Shown: positions 37,101 to 44,860 of the stretch, piece by piece
How positions within the stretch are numbered: position 1 is the first letter of the stretch
How the letters are laid out: the number at the start of each line of letters is the position of its first letter
Assembly: GCA_024278215.1 (NCBI GenBank)
Contig: JAJRTR010000135.1
Coordinates: forward strand, 11,651-75,650
Source of the DNA: a bacterium
GTDB lineage: Bacteria > UBP15 > UBA6099 > JAJRTR01
Reading direction: 5' to 3'
DNA length: 64,000 nt
Made by a program: the position numbers and the translations under genes
Notes under the pieces: generated by a model
The model's input: only the letters and a program-made list of their open reading frames with translations
The model's database searches: none
What the model was told of the DNA's origin: nothing

Positions 37101-39131
37101 CTTGTCCTTCCCCTTTTTAGTTCGACCGCTTTTGTAGGAAAGGCCGAATGCGTTTTTGCTGCCGGTCGAGATAGAGTATGTGCTCTGTTCGTAGCGGACA
37201 TTGAATTTCCTGTCCTGGCGGATGGGTGTCTTGAAGTAGATATCCCCGGTCTCGTAAAGAACAGAGTATTCGCCGGGCGGGATGATCTCACCGGTGTCGG
37301 GGTAATATATCTGGACCGAGCCGGGCGCCATGAAAGCATTAGCGCGGTAAGGGCCGATGTCGCCGTCGCCGTCGAGCTGCACTTCACCGGTCTGTGAGCG
37401 GGACTCCGCCATGAGAGCCTGGAAAGTGAAATGTCCGAAGTCATAACCGAACTCGAGTCCGTTGATTTCCTTCTTGAGGTTGATCCTGCTCGTGCCGGTG
37501 AAAGTCGTTGTGAAATCGCCGAAGTGGACCCGCCCGTCGCTGCCCAGCATCTCGATGTCCAGGTGTTGCGAGGCGCCCGGTGATTTCCTCATTGTCCCGT
37601 CGACTCTGATGCCGTTCTTGAAGCTACCGTCGAGAAACACGTTCCAGTTCTGTTGCAGCTTGTATTTCGCGATGGAAACGTCTTCCTGCTTGTTGAGGCT
37701 GCTGAGAAAAGCTTTTCGCACCTCGCGCTCGCGGATGATCTGGAAAGCGATGCTGCCGGTCATCCTGAAGTCGCCGGCGCAAAGCTGCGGCGGTAGCGAC
37801 TGGTCGCAGCCGTTGTGTTTGGGCTCGATTGTCACAAGCGCGTTCTTTATCAACTGCTTCGAACTCGAGTCGACGGGCAGATATGCTTCTTCAAGTGTTA
37901 CCGGGATGTTCGCACCGGTTTTTATTCCCTTGAAAATCAGCGGAACCACTGTGAGGGGATACTTAAGGCCGGAGAGGTCTTTGGTAAAGTCGCCCAGCAG
38001 GCTCAGCCGTATCTCGCCCTTGCGGTTGTCGACTATATTTGAACCTTCACCGAACGAGTCGTTGTATAAAACAGAGGTCGTCTGTATGCCCCGCGCCGCA
38101 CGGACGGCTTCGCGGTATTCCGCGAGCAGCTTTTCCGCCTCTTTCTTTTTCCCATCCATTTCCACTTCGGTAATTTCAACATTCAGGTTCTTCGCAAGCT
38201 TTTTCAGTTCTCCAAGAGACATGTCGTCGACGCTTTTGACTATATTGACACTGTTGGACGGTATTCCCAGGTTGTTGGTATACACGAGATGCGCCGGATC
38301 ATATTTGATCCGCACGTCGATGCCGTCGAGCGAACGGTATTCCGGGAACTTGTAGATAACAAGATCGAGCCGCACCCACTGGTTGAGGCCGATGACGGCA
38401 TTCTGTTTCGAGAATCCTACGATGACGTCGGCGTCTTCTTCTTTTTCGGCTGTTTCCATCTTTGTGAAACCCAGCGACATCGCCATGGCGTCGGTGTCCT
38501 GTTTGCGGGCCTTCTGTATTTTGTATTTGTTTTCGAGCGAGCCGGTGGTAAGCAAAGTGTTTTCGCCGGCGACCGCTGCCATCAGCAGGGGGTCCATCTC
38601 GAGGCCGTCGTAGCCCACTACCTTGAAATAGCCGGGGTTCGACGGAGAAGTCTTCCCGTCGGCGTTCCGGGCGAACGAGGTGAAACTGATATATGTGGAA
38701 CCGGTTTTCTTCATCCTGAACGGAACTTTGATGAAAATCTGCTTCTCCGTAATCGGCTGTCTTGCAAACGCTTTGAATGTGACGATCCCTTTATCGGTAT
38801 CGACTCTGAAGCGCTCGACCAACTCGAAAACCGGGTCGGCGGCGTAGTAGCTCCTGTCTTTGAAAAGCTCGATGTACGCGGGATCGACTGTCAGTGTACA
38901 CTGTCCGCCGGTGAGTTTGTCGCCCTCCTGCGGCATGATATATATATCGAAGTACGACGTTTCATCGACAGGAACGGCAGCACCGTTTTCGGAAGTGATC
39001 CGGAACTGTGCGGCCTGCACGCAGACAATGCAGCCTGCCGCCATGATAAAAGCGAAAAATAATATGCGGAAGCACAGACCGACAGCCGGTGACGGGACGC
39101 CCGTTATGGTTCTGTACGTTCTTTCAGACAT
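34149..39131 (-). CDS. 1660-aa exported protein: two cohesin-like domains, SprA-like beta-rich repeats and a predicted C-terminal beta-barrel
   Basis: Signal peptide; G.Q.TL.VDP..IE and GIDVRIKYDP.HL cohesin-type strands; PGSVQIY...EYSVLYETGDIYF; long run of amphipathic strands ending FTAGLKSRL. Confidence 0.6.
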   Translation of the reverse strand: MSERTYRTITGVPSPAVGLCFRILFFAFIMAAGCIVCVQAAQFRITSENGAAVPVDETSYFDIYIMPQEGDKLTGGQCTLTVDPAYIELFKDRSYYAADPVFELVERFRVDTDKGIVTFKAFARQPITEKQIFIKVPFRMKKTGSTYISFTSFARNADGKTSPSNPGYFKVVGYDGLEMDPLLMAAVAGENTLLTTGSLENKYKIQKARKQDTDAMAMSLGFTKMETAEKEEDADVIVGFSKQNAVIGLNQWVRLDLVIYKFPEYRSLDGIDVRIKYDPAHLVYTNNLGIPSNSVNIVKSVDDMSLGELKKLAKNLNVEITEVEMDGKKKEAEKLLAEYREAVRAARGIQTTSVLYNDSFGEGSNIVDNRKGEIRLSLLGDFTKDLSGLKYPLTVVPLIFKGIKTGANIPVTLEEAYLPVDSSSKQLIKNALVTIEPKHNGCDQSLPPQLCAGDFRMTGSIAFQIIREREVRKAFLSSLNKQEDVSIAKYKLQQNWNVFLDGSFKNGIRVDGTMRKSPGASQHLDIEMLGSDGRVHFGDFTTTFTGTSRINLKKEINGLEFGYDFGHFTFQALMAESRSQTGEVQLDGDGDIGPYRANAFMAPGSVQIYYPDTGEIIPPGEYSVLYETGDIYFKTPIRQDRKFNVRYEQSTYSISTGSKNAFGLSYKSGRTKKGKDKYKINTAYMLSMAPSGSTRSIFSDSKVFNLDTQVNVEPADCPGYTATNTCVRVNLGNPYILEGSVKVISGATRYTPTSNPETVILGHRSLFSGQIYILYDNGDEDVKNIGLKGSVTIEFSYYNPNIIVEDVVQVLKFVDADTTEGGLPSDMLPGSELVYLSDTQDETAELDNLPLVCFEGKTGDKDDAGLCPGIRPDLDQQEGITYYIETSGDTDYIKFSKDVESNYYGNPTTETKYVLMSYYIAPPELDSGSKFTKTALGIDTHVNVSDNLSFDVQYTRTNSDLASEFTSAEETMIVDTDTRYRNYESKGEICEYVVPTGDIENATGRKLVCKLNNDNISGQGKVLVSMQFCERGQYICKDEDGNDYKCDDKDKAVSYEIYNADNRESDWYTFPCITDPSTGNYIYKSITHNLNTKTDPEFIGVDREQGNLVIYREFDEGEIGGKDMFLVKFGEAFPSEGDRISVSYIYDEVLSEVVDGDAVVLKNSYKYKGFKMNLEKRVIDPYFDTSMSGKVKGNSKETGYIKGDFSLKFLKNWTIGYLTDNSTKKSFSAGKTDSLIETYHKKHNISYSTGRPVWGIKSLSLVHDVKGDSGISGITSANTKLINNLTTNRDYGIKMDLRKLALAVDGGYKVTDIEKAQQVSADTTTVLKNLNLAFSPKSRRGFSLTSAFSRSNVKQTGSRTRKNVYNLSYKPIRYISLKLKFDKNTSRDNDLAETKIDEKNTYTVNLANMYNFTGIKLSFIRNKTSQQVAPTKTDTNTFNFTWNIRKNLKWTPTFTRKVNQTTAAWTKEKERKWTLKYTPRKSKMKLNISWDRTFKDKTTQNLVIPDSASVDTNPDDRNKFTVNLTPTKKIRTTSFYEDQNGSTQPYKYYKLTYNYNASAKAVLSGGYGVKKMVNYPTTEFDIKYAYKYKPGFRIKTNYSSKDQGGTTGVNSINYGFGFTYSVSSRTNFNLDFKKILAKSKSATTKPLEETSFTAGLKSRL

Positions 39132-39994
39132 TGTAAAATTCTGTAGGCTTTGTTCTTGGAAATATCCGCGATTTCCGCCAGTGCCGCGGCAGTATTACCC
39201 GGCGTCGCTTCGAGCCGGGCCAGCACACGGGCGGTTTTCTCAATATCTATCAGGGTCTCACCGGCGGCGACCGGCGGCTCCCCTCTTCCCTCTAATAATA
39301 TAGTATATTCCCCTTTTTCTTTCAGATTAAGTCCTTTTTCTTCAATTTCTTTAAATGTAGTTCTCGTGATCTCTTCGTTTATTTTTGTGAGTTCCCTGAA
39401 AAACACAACGCGGCGGTCGCCCAGCACGGCGTACAGGTCGCTTATTGTTCGGCGCACTCTTTTCGCGGACTCGAACAGTATGACCGCCCTCTCTTCACGA
39501 GCCAGCGCGGCGACAGCTTCCGTCCTTCTCCCCCCGGTACGGGGCAGAAACCCCTCGAACACAAACCGCGACGAAGCAACACCGGACACGGAAAACGCCG
39601 CGGCGATGGCCGACGCGCCCGGCACCGGCACAACCTTCAGCCCACGCGCCGCCGCCGCCGCCACAAGTCCGCCGCCGGGATCGCTCGCTCCGGGCGTGCC
39701 CGCGTCCGACACCAGCGCGCCACTCGCGCCCGCCTCGAGTTCGTCCAGCAGCGCCGGCGTTTTCTTCGCCTCCATATCGCCGGAAAAACTGCGCAGGCGG
39801 GTGCCGATCTCGTAACGGCTAAGCAGCTTCCGCGTTCGCCGTGTGTCCTCCGCCGCTATCCAGTCGACACCGCCCAGTATCTTCAACGCCCTGAGCGTGA
39901 TGTCCTCGAGATTGCCTATCGGCGTCGCGACGACATAAAGGACTCCGCCCCCGGGTTCGGTTTTCTTTCCAGAATCTGTCGCAGACATATCCAT
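39104..39994 (-). CDS. rsmI: 16S rRNA (cytidine1402-2'-O)-methyltransferase
   Basis: LYVVATPIGNLEDITLRA, AAEDTR, LVSDAGTPG.SDPG, VPGASA, FEGFLP, RELTK..EE. Confidence 0.96.
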   Translation of the reverse strand: MDMSATDSGKKTEPGGGVLYVVATPIGNLEDITLRALKILGGVDWIAAEDTRRTRKLLSRYEIGTRLRSFSGDMEAKKTPALLDELEAGASGALVSDAGTPGASDPGGGLVAAAAARGLKVVPVPGASAIAAAFSVSGVASSRFVFEGFLPRTGGRRTEAVAALAREERAVILFESAKRVRRTISDLYAVLGDRRVVFFRELTKINEEITRTTFKEIEEKGLNLKEKGEYTILLEGRGEPPVAAGETLIDIEKTARVLARLEATPGNTAAALAEIADISKNKAYRILQCLKERTEP

Positions 39995-40048
39995 TATTAT
40001 TTTATTATTTGCTCGATGTGTCCATAGGAAACGGGGATCGGGGTGCCG

Positions 40049-41755
40049 CTACTTGTTTCCGAAGCGTCCCGAGCGGAAAATGGCGGCGATCCAGACGACC
40101 GCCATAATAAGCAGCGTAATGATAAGGATGTCCGGCAACGACTTGCCGAATACGGTTACATCGTCGTATCGCGGAAGGATCGTGGAAGCGGAAATGAGAA
40201 GCGCCGCGAGAATGATGGCAAGCGACAGCCTGTTGACGCTCTGTCCGGCGCGGTCTACGGTGCCCTTTATCGTGTCGACATAATTCTCGAGTTCGATCTT
40301 CACCTTGAGTTGCCCCTCTTCGAGGCCGCGGGAAATGCGGTCGAGGCGTTTGGGCATGGCGATGACGAGGTCGCGGATGTCGATGGCGGTTTTTATGAAG
40401 TCTTTGCCCATATTCCGGGGGTCCATTTCGCGCCTTAGCAACATGTGCGCGGCCGGCTCCGCGGCGGCGATCAGATCGAATGTCGGGTCGAGATGTCGGC
40501 CCAGCCCTTCGAGTGTCACCAGCGTTTTGTCCATCAGGGTGAACTCGCCGGGCAGCTTGATCCTGTACTTGAGTCCAATGTTGAAAAGCTCGACGACGAT
40601 TTCCTCGATTTTTATCTGGCCGATAGTGATGTCGGCATATTCCTGAAGCAGGCGGCCCGCCTCGCGCACCAGCGCCTTTTTGTCTGTCGACGGGTCGATC
40701 TCCGCGATTTCTTCGAGCACTTCCACCAGCCCCTCGGGGTCGCGCTGCACTATCGAGATGAAATACTTCGCCATGTTGCGCTTCATTATCGGGTCCACTA
40801 TGCCCACCATGCCGAAATCTATCAGCGCCACCACCTGGTTTTCCATTACAAAGATGTTGCCGAAATGCGGGTCCCCGTGAAAAATGCCGTCGATAAGTAT
40901 CATCTTTATAAAGGCATTTGCGATAACTTCGGTCAGATACGTCATATCGTATCCGGCTGCCAGCAGACGTTCTTTCTCTTTTATCTTTATGCCGTGGATA
41001 TACTCCATCGTCAGCACACGTTTGGTGGTGTACTCCCAATAAATCATCGGGATGCAGATAGTTTCGTCGTCTTCAAAGTTCGCCGCCAGCCTGTCCGCAT
41101 TCTGTCCCTCGTGCGTATAGTCCAGCTCCTGGTGCATTGTCCTGGTGAATTCTTCGACCCGCTCCATAATGTTATAGAGCCGAGCCCACTCGAATCGCTT
41201 TTCCGCCTGCCGCGCAAGGTCCATCATGATGCTCGTGTCGATGTTCACCATCTGTTCCATGTCGGGCCGCTGCACCTTCACAACCACCTCGCGACCGTCG
41301 AGCAACACCGCCTCGTGCACCTGGCCGATGGAGGCCGACGCGATGGGCACACGGGCGAACGATCTGAACACCTGGTCCATAGGATGCAGCAGGTCGTTTT
41401 CTATGATGTCCTGAACCTTCTCGAATGGGAAGGGAGGCACTTCGTCCTGCAACTTCGAGAGTTCTTGGATAATGTCCTGCGGTATCATGTCCGGGCGGCT
41501 GCTGAGAATCTGGCCGGCCTTCACATAAGTCGGGCCCAGTTCCTCGATCACCCGGCGCATGCGCACGGCGAGCGGCAACTGGTAGTCGTCCGTGGCGGTT
41601 ACTTTTTCGCGTAGTGAACGCGGGAAGAATCGCGTGACCTCGAGCGCCTCGGCCACCCAGAAAAAGCCGTGCTTGAAGAACACCGACGCAACTTCCTTCA
41701 CGCGGACGCCTTTTTTATAAAATCTCGGTACGAATTGTTCCGGTATAGCAACCAT
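40049..41755 (-). CDS. AarF/ABC1/UbiB-family kinase
   Basis: ELGPTYVK.GQ.LS.RPD, ASASIGQVH, VVKVQRP, FHGDPH.GN, DFGMVG; two C-terminal TM segments. Confidence 0.94.
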   Translation of the reverse strand: MVAIPEQFVPRFYKKGVRVKEVASVFFKHGFFWVAEALEVTRFFPRSLREKVTATDDYQLPLAVRMRRVIEELGPTYVKAGQILSSRPDMIPQDIIQELSKLQDEVPPFPFEKVQDIIENDLLHPMDQVFRSFARVPIASASIGQVHEAVLLDGREVVVKVQRPDMEQMVNIDTSIMMDLARQAEKRFEWARLYNIMERVEEFTRTMHQELDYTHEGQNADRLAANFEDDETICIPMIYWEYTTKRVLTMEYIHGIKIKEKERLLAAGYDMTYLTEVIANAFIKMILIDGIFHGDPHFGNIFVMENQVVALIDFGMVGIVDPIMKRNMAKYFISIVQRDPEGLVEVLEEIAEIDPSTDKKALVREAGRLLQEYADITIGQIKIEEIVVELFNIGLKYRIKLPGEFTLMDKTLVTLEGLGRHLDPTFDLIAAAEPAAHMLLRREMDPRNMGKDFIKTAIDIRDLVIAMPKRLDRISRGLEEGQLKVKIELENYVDTIKGTVDRAGQSVNRLSLAIILAALLISASTILPRYDDVTVFGKSLPDILIITLLIMAVVWIAAIFRSGRFGNK

Positions 41756-41786
41756 AATTCAAACCAGACATGTTATGAGTTCAAAA

Positions 41787-41910
41787 CCTGAATATTTCAT
41801 TGATGCGTGCTATGTGCGGCTAAAGTGCAGTTCCCGCAACGCGTTGCAGCCGATCCGGGCAAAAACGCTACAGATCGGATTGTATTACCCGCATTGGTGA
41901 AATATGCGGG
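41787..41910. mobile_element. Family B-related degenerate element with two left-type ends
   Basis: CCTGAATATTTCATTGATGCG at 41787 and CCCGCATTGGTGAAATATGCGGG ending at 41910. Confidence 0.55.
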
Positions 41911-42106
41911 TTAATATTTCGCGCAGGCACGCCTCCTCACCGCCCTGTTTCAAACTCTGTAAATACTCTCCTGAAATAATACCACAACATGAACATGATG
42001 ACAAAAACTTCGGCATATCCCCATATCTGTATTCGAGACCTGCGCAAAAACAAGTTGGCACGACGATAGCCTGATATTTTGGCCCTCGGTGGTGAAATAT
42101 GCGATG

Positions 42107-42472
42107 TTAGTGGAGGGTGGAGCCCTCGGAGTGGAAACTGCCTATGGCAGCCTCTTCCGAGCCGAGTATGGGCAGAACTCTGTCGAGTTCGAGTACGGAA
42201 AACACGTTGAAGTTGCGCGGAGAAAGCCCCGTGACTTTCAAGCCGCCGTTGACCGGATTGATGAGTTTGAGGCCGTACATGAGCGAGCCGACACCGGTGC
42301 TGTCGATAAAATCTGTGTCCGCGAGGTTTACGACGATCTTCTGGTGGCCGAACCGGATCAGTGATTCGAGCTTCACTTTCAGAGAAGGAGCGGACTTAAC
42401 GTCCAGGTCTCCGGACACGTCGAGCACCACGACATTGCCGATATTTCGTTCATTTATTTTAAATTCCGACAT
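42107..42472 (-). CDS. STAS-domain anti-anti-sigma factor (RsbV/SpoIIAA-like)
   Basis: V.GDLD...AP.LK, FIDSTGVG phospho-Ser motif. Confidence 0.9.
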   Translation of the reverse strand: MSEFKINERNIGNVVVLDVSGDLDVKSAPSLKVKLESLIRFGHQKIVVNLADTDFIDSTGVGSLMYGLKLINPVNGGLKVTGLSPRNFNVFSVLELDRVLPILGSEEAAIGSFHSEGSTLH

Positions 42473-42586
42473 AAGAATATCTCACAAGATGATTTTATAC
42501 TGTGATTAGTATAAAGCTCTTCAGATTTTCTTGCAACAGTGGTAGACTAAAAATGATGTGAACGAAGAGATTCCAGGCGGTGATAT

Positions 42587-43003
42587 ATGGAATGCGGCGG
42601 CTGCGGAGCAAGAGTAAAAAATAATGGTGAAGAATGCAGCTCGTGCGGTTGCTATGTCACTACAAGTTTTTTCGGCAGGCGTCTGGATAAGTATTATTGG
42701 GTAAAGGCCGTCATGGATACTGTTGACTACCTGAACAGGCAGGAGCCCGCGATTCTTTTGAATCTCCATAAGAAGAGCAAGCGGGTTTTGATTGATTTGA
42801 GCGGAGTGAAGTTTATCGACAGCATGGGTATCGGAGAACTTGTGGCGTTGAGCGACAGGCAGGGTTATATGAACCAGGATATTCGCTTCGTGGTAGACAA
42901 CGAAAGCGTGTACCGTTCGCTTGAATCTCTAGGGCTGCTGCATGTGCTCGATGTTCATAAATCGGTGGAAGAAGTGCTCGGGGTATGGGATATTGGCAAA
43001 TAG
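42587..43003 (+). CDS. Zinc-ribbon + STAS domain protein
   Basis: CGGC-x10-CSSC at the N-terminus; IDLSGVKFIDSMGIG. Confidence 0.8.
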   Translation: MECGGCGARVKNNGEECSSCGCYVTTSFFGRRLDKYYWVKAVMDTVDYLNRQEPAILLNLHKKSKRVLIDLSGVKFIDSMGIGELVALSDRQGYMNQDIRFVVDNESVYRSLESLGLLHVLDVHKSVEEVLGVWDIGK

Positions 43004-44564
43004 CGCGCCCGCCTGGAAAAAGTTGTTGTATCTTGCGGCGGCGCCGTTTTCGGGCATGTTGTTGACTTTTTGTTTTTCCCCTTACGACCACTATTGTATA
43101 GCATGGGCGGCGCTTGTGCCGCTGCTGCTGTCGCTTCGGGGGGCGAGCCCGGCGGGTGCTGCGCTCAGGGGCTATCTGTTCGGTGCGGCGTATCTGGGCT
43201 CCCTTTTCTGGTGGTTTTCTGTTTGCAGGTATCCCGCCGTGCTGGGTTTTTTCGCGTTCACGGCACTGATTCCGATAATATTCATACCGTGGGCGTGGCT
43301 TACGAACAGGTTGCTGCGCGGCAGGCGCGGGTGGCTGTGGATATGGTTGCCCGTGTGTTTCTGGGTGGCAATCGAGTGGTTCATGTCGCAGGGTACATTC
43401 GCGTTTCCATGGTGGTCGCTGGGCAACACGCAGGCGCGGAATCTCGTTGTGGCGCAGGCGGCATCGCTCGGCGGTTCATATCTCATTTCTTTTATGATTC
43501 TGTTGTTCAACTTTTTCCTCTATGCGTGTCTCGCCGGGCGTGTGAAAGAGAACCGTGCGACATGGGTGGCGGCGGGTATCATTATCGCTGTTCTCGTGGT
43601 CAGAGGCGCTGTTATACTCGGCGGAAGCGGCAGTGGAGCGGGAAAAAGCACGTCGGAGAAACCTGTTTCCGTGGCGCTCATACAACCAAGCTACGAGCAG
43701 GATGAAAAGGAAGACGGCAGCACGATGCCCGATATATACCGGACGCATATCGAGATGACGGACGAGGCGGTCGAAAAGTACGAACCGGACATTGTCGTGT
43801 GGTCCGAATCCGTAACATATCTTAACTGGCTTACCGACGGCTACAACTACAAAAATACAATGGATTATCTGCGCAACAGAGACATCATGCTGCTGACGGG
43901 CGCTTATGAATTCGCCGGCGACGCGATGTACAACGCGGTAGTCGCTATCGATCCCGAGAAAGGCGTTATCAATAAATACCGGAAGATGCAGCTTGTGCCC
44001 TTCGGCGAGATGGTGCCGTACAGAAAACAGATCGAGAGGCTGAGCCCGGCGCTGGGCAGGTGGGTGAATAAGACGATATACGAGCATGATGTGGGCGCGG
44101 GCAAAGAGTACACGATATTTAAAAGCAGATATGGAGATTTCGCAGTGATTGTGTGCTTCGAGTCGGTGATCCCCGCGATACCGCGCAGGATGGTGCAGCT
44201 TGGCGCGCAGTATATATTCATTGTTACAAATGATGCATGGTTTCTGAAGACGCCCGGCGCATATCAGCACGCGCAACTGGCGGCGATGCGTGCTGTCGAG
44301 ACCCGGCGCTATGTCGTGCAGGCGGCGAACAGCGGCGTGTCGGTTTTCATCGACCCCTACGGTCGCGTGATCTCGGAAACGCCGGTGTTCGAGAAGATGA
44401 TACTCTATGGTAAAGTGCGTCCGATGAGCGTTATCACGTTCTATACACGCTATGGCGATGTATTTGCGGTCGGATGCCTGATTTTCTGCGCGTTTTGCTT
44501 CTGTTTTTTCGGCTGTCGCAGGGTTTTGAGCAGGAGAAGACCACTACCCGGAATATCTCGATAA
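42993..44564 (+). CDS. lnt: Apolipoprotein N-acyltransferase
   Basis: FPW..LG..Q, VVWSES, YN, KY.K..LVPFGE, VCFES, TNDAWF, QH...A.MRAVE, AANSGVS; TTG start inferred. Confidence 0.95.
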   Translation: MANSAPAWKKLLYLAAAPFSGMLLTFCFSPYDHYCIAWAALVPLLLSLRGASPAGAALRGYLFGAAYLGSLFWWFSVCRYPAVLGFFAFTALIPIIFIPWAWLTNRLLRGRRGWLWIWLPVCFWVAIEWFMSQGTFAFPWWSLGNTQARNLVVAQAASLGGSYLISFMILLFNFFLYACLAGRVKENRATWVAAGIIIAVLVVRGAVILGGSGSGAGKSTSEKPVSVALIQPSYEQDEKEDGSTMPDIYRTHIEMTDEAVEKYEPDIVVWSESVTYLNWLTDGYNYKNTMDYLRNRDIMLLTGAYEFAGDAMYNAVVAIDPEKGVINKYRKMQLVPFGEMVPYRKQIERLSPALGRWVNKTIYEHDVGAGKEYTIFKSRYGDFAVIVCFESVIPAIPRRMVQLGAQYIFIVTNDAWFLKTPGAYQHAQLAAMRAVETRRYVVQAANSGVSVFIDPYGRVISETPVFEKMILYGKVRPMSVITFYTRYGDVFAVGCLIFCAFCFCFFGCRRVLSRRRPLPGISR

Positions 44565-44571
44565 TACGTTC

Positions 44572-44859
44572 TCACAAAGTGCCGTCTGTTGCGCGTTGTT
44601 CGAGCCGGTATATGAAAGCGAGCACTTCGGCGACTGCCTGGTAAAGTTCATAGGGAACGGCGTCGCCGAGGTCGAGCCTGACGAGCATCTCGACCAGATT
44701 GCGGTCTTCGTAGAGCGGGACGTCGTGTTCCTGCGCCAGCTCGATGATGCGTTCGGCGATCATCCCTTTGCCGCTTGCCACTACGTGCGGGGCGACGTCC
44801 TGCTCCATGTCGTATTCGAGGGCCGCGGCTTTTTTATGTTTGTATTGTTCGTCTGCCAT
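44572..44859 (-). CDS. FlhB C-terminal-domain-only protein (EscU/YscU family, YlqH-like)
   Basis: A.AL.YD...AP.VVA.GKG.IAE.I...A, LY.AVAEVLAFIY. Confidence 0.9.
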   Translation of the reverse strand: MADEQYKHKKAAALEYDMEQDVAPHVVASGKGMIAERIIELAQEHDVPLYEDRNLVEMLVRLDLGDAVPYELYQAVAEVLAFIYRLEQRATDGTL

Positions 44860-44860
44860 A

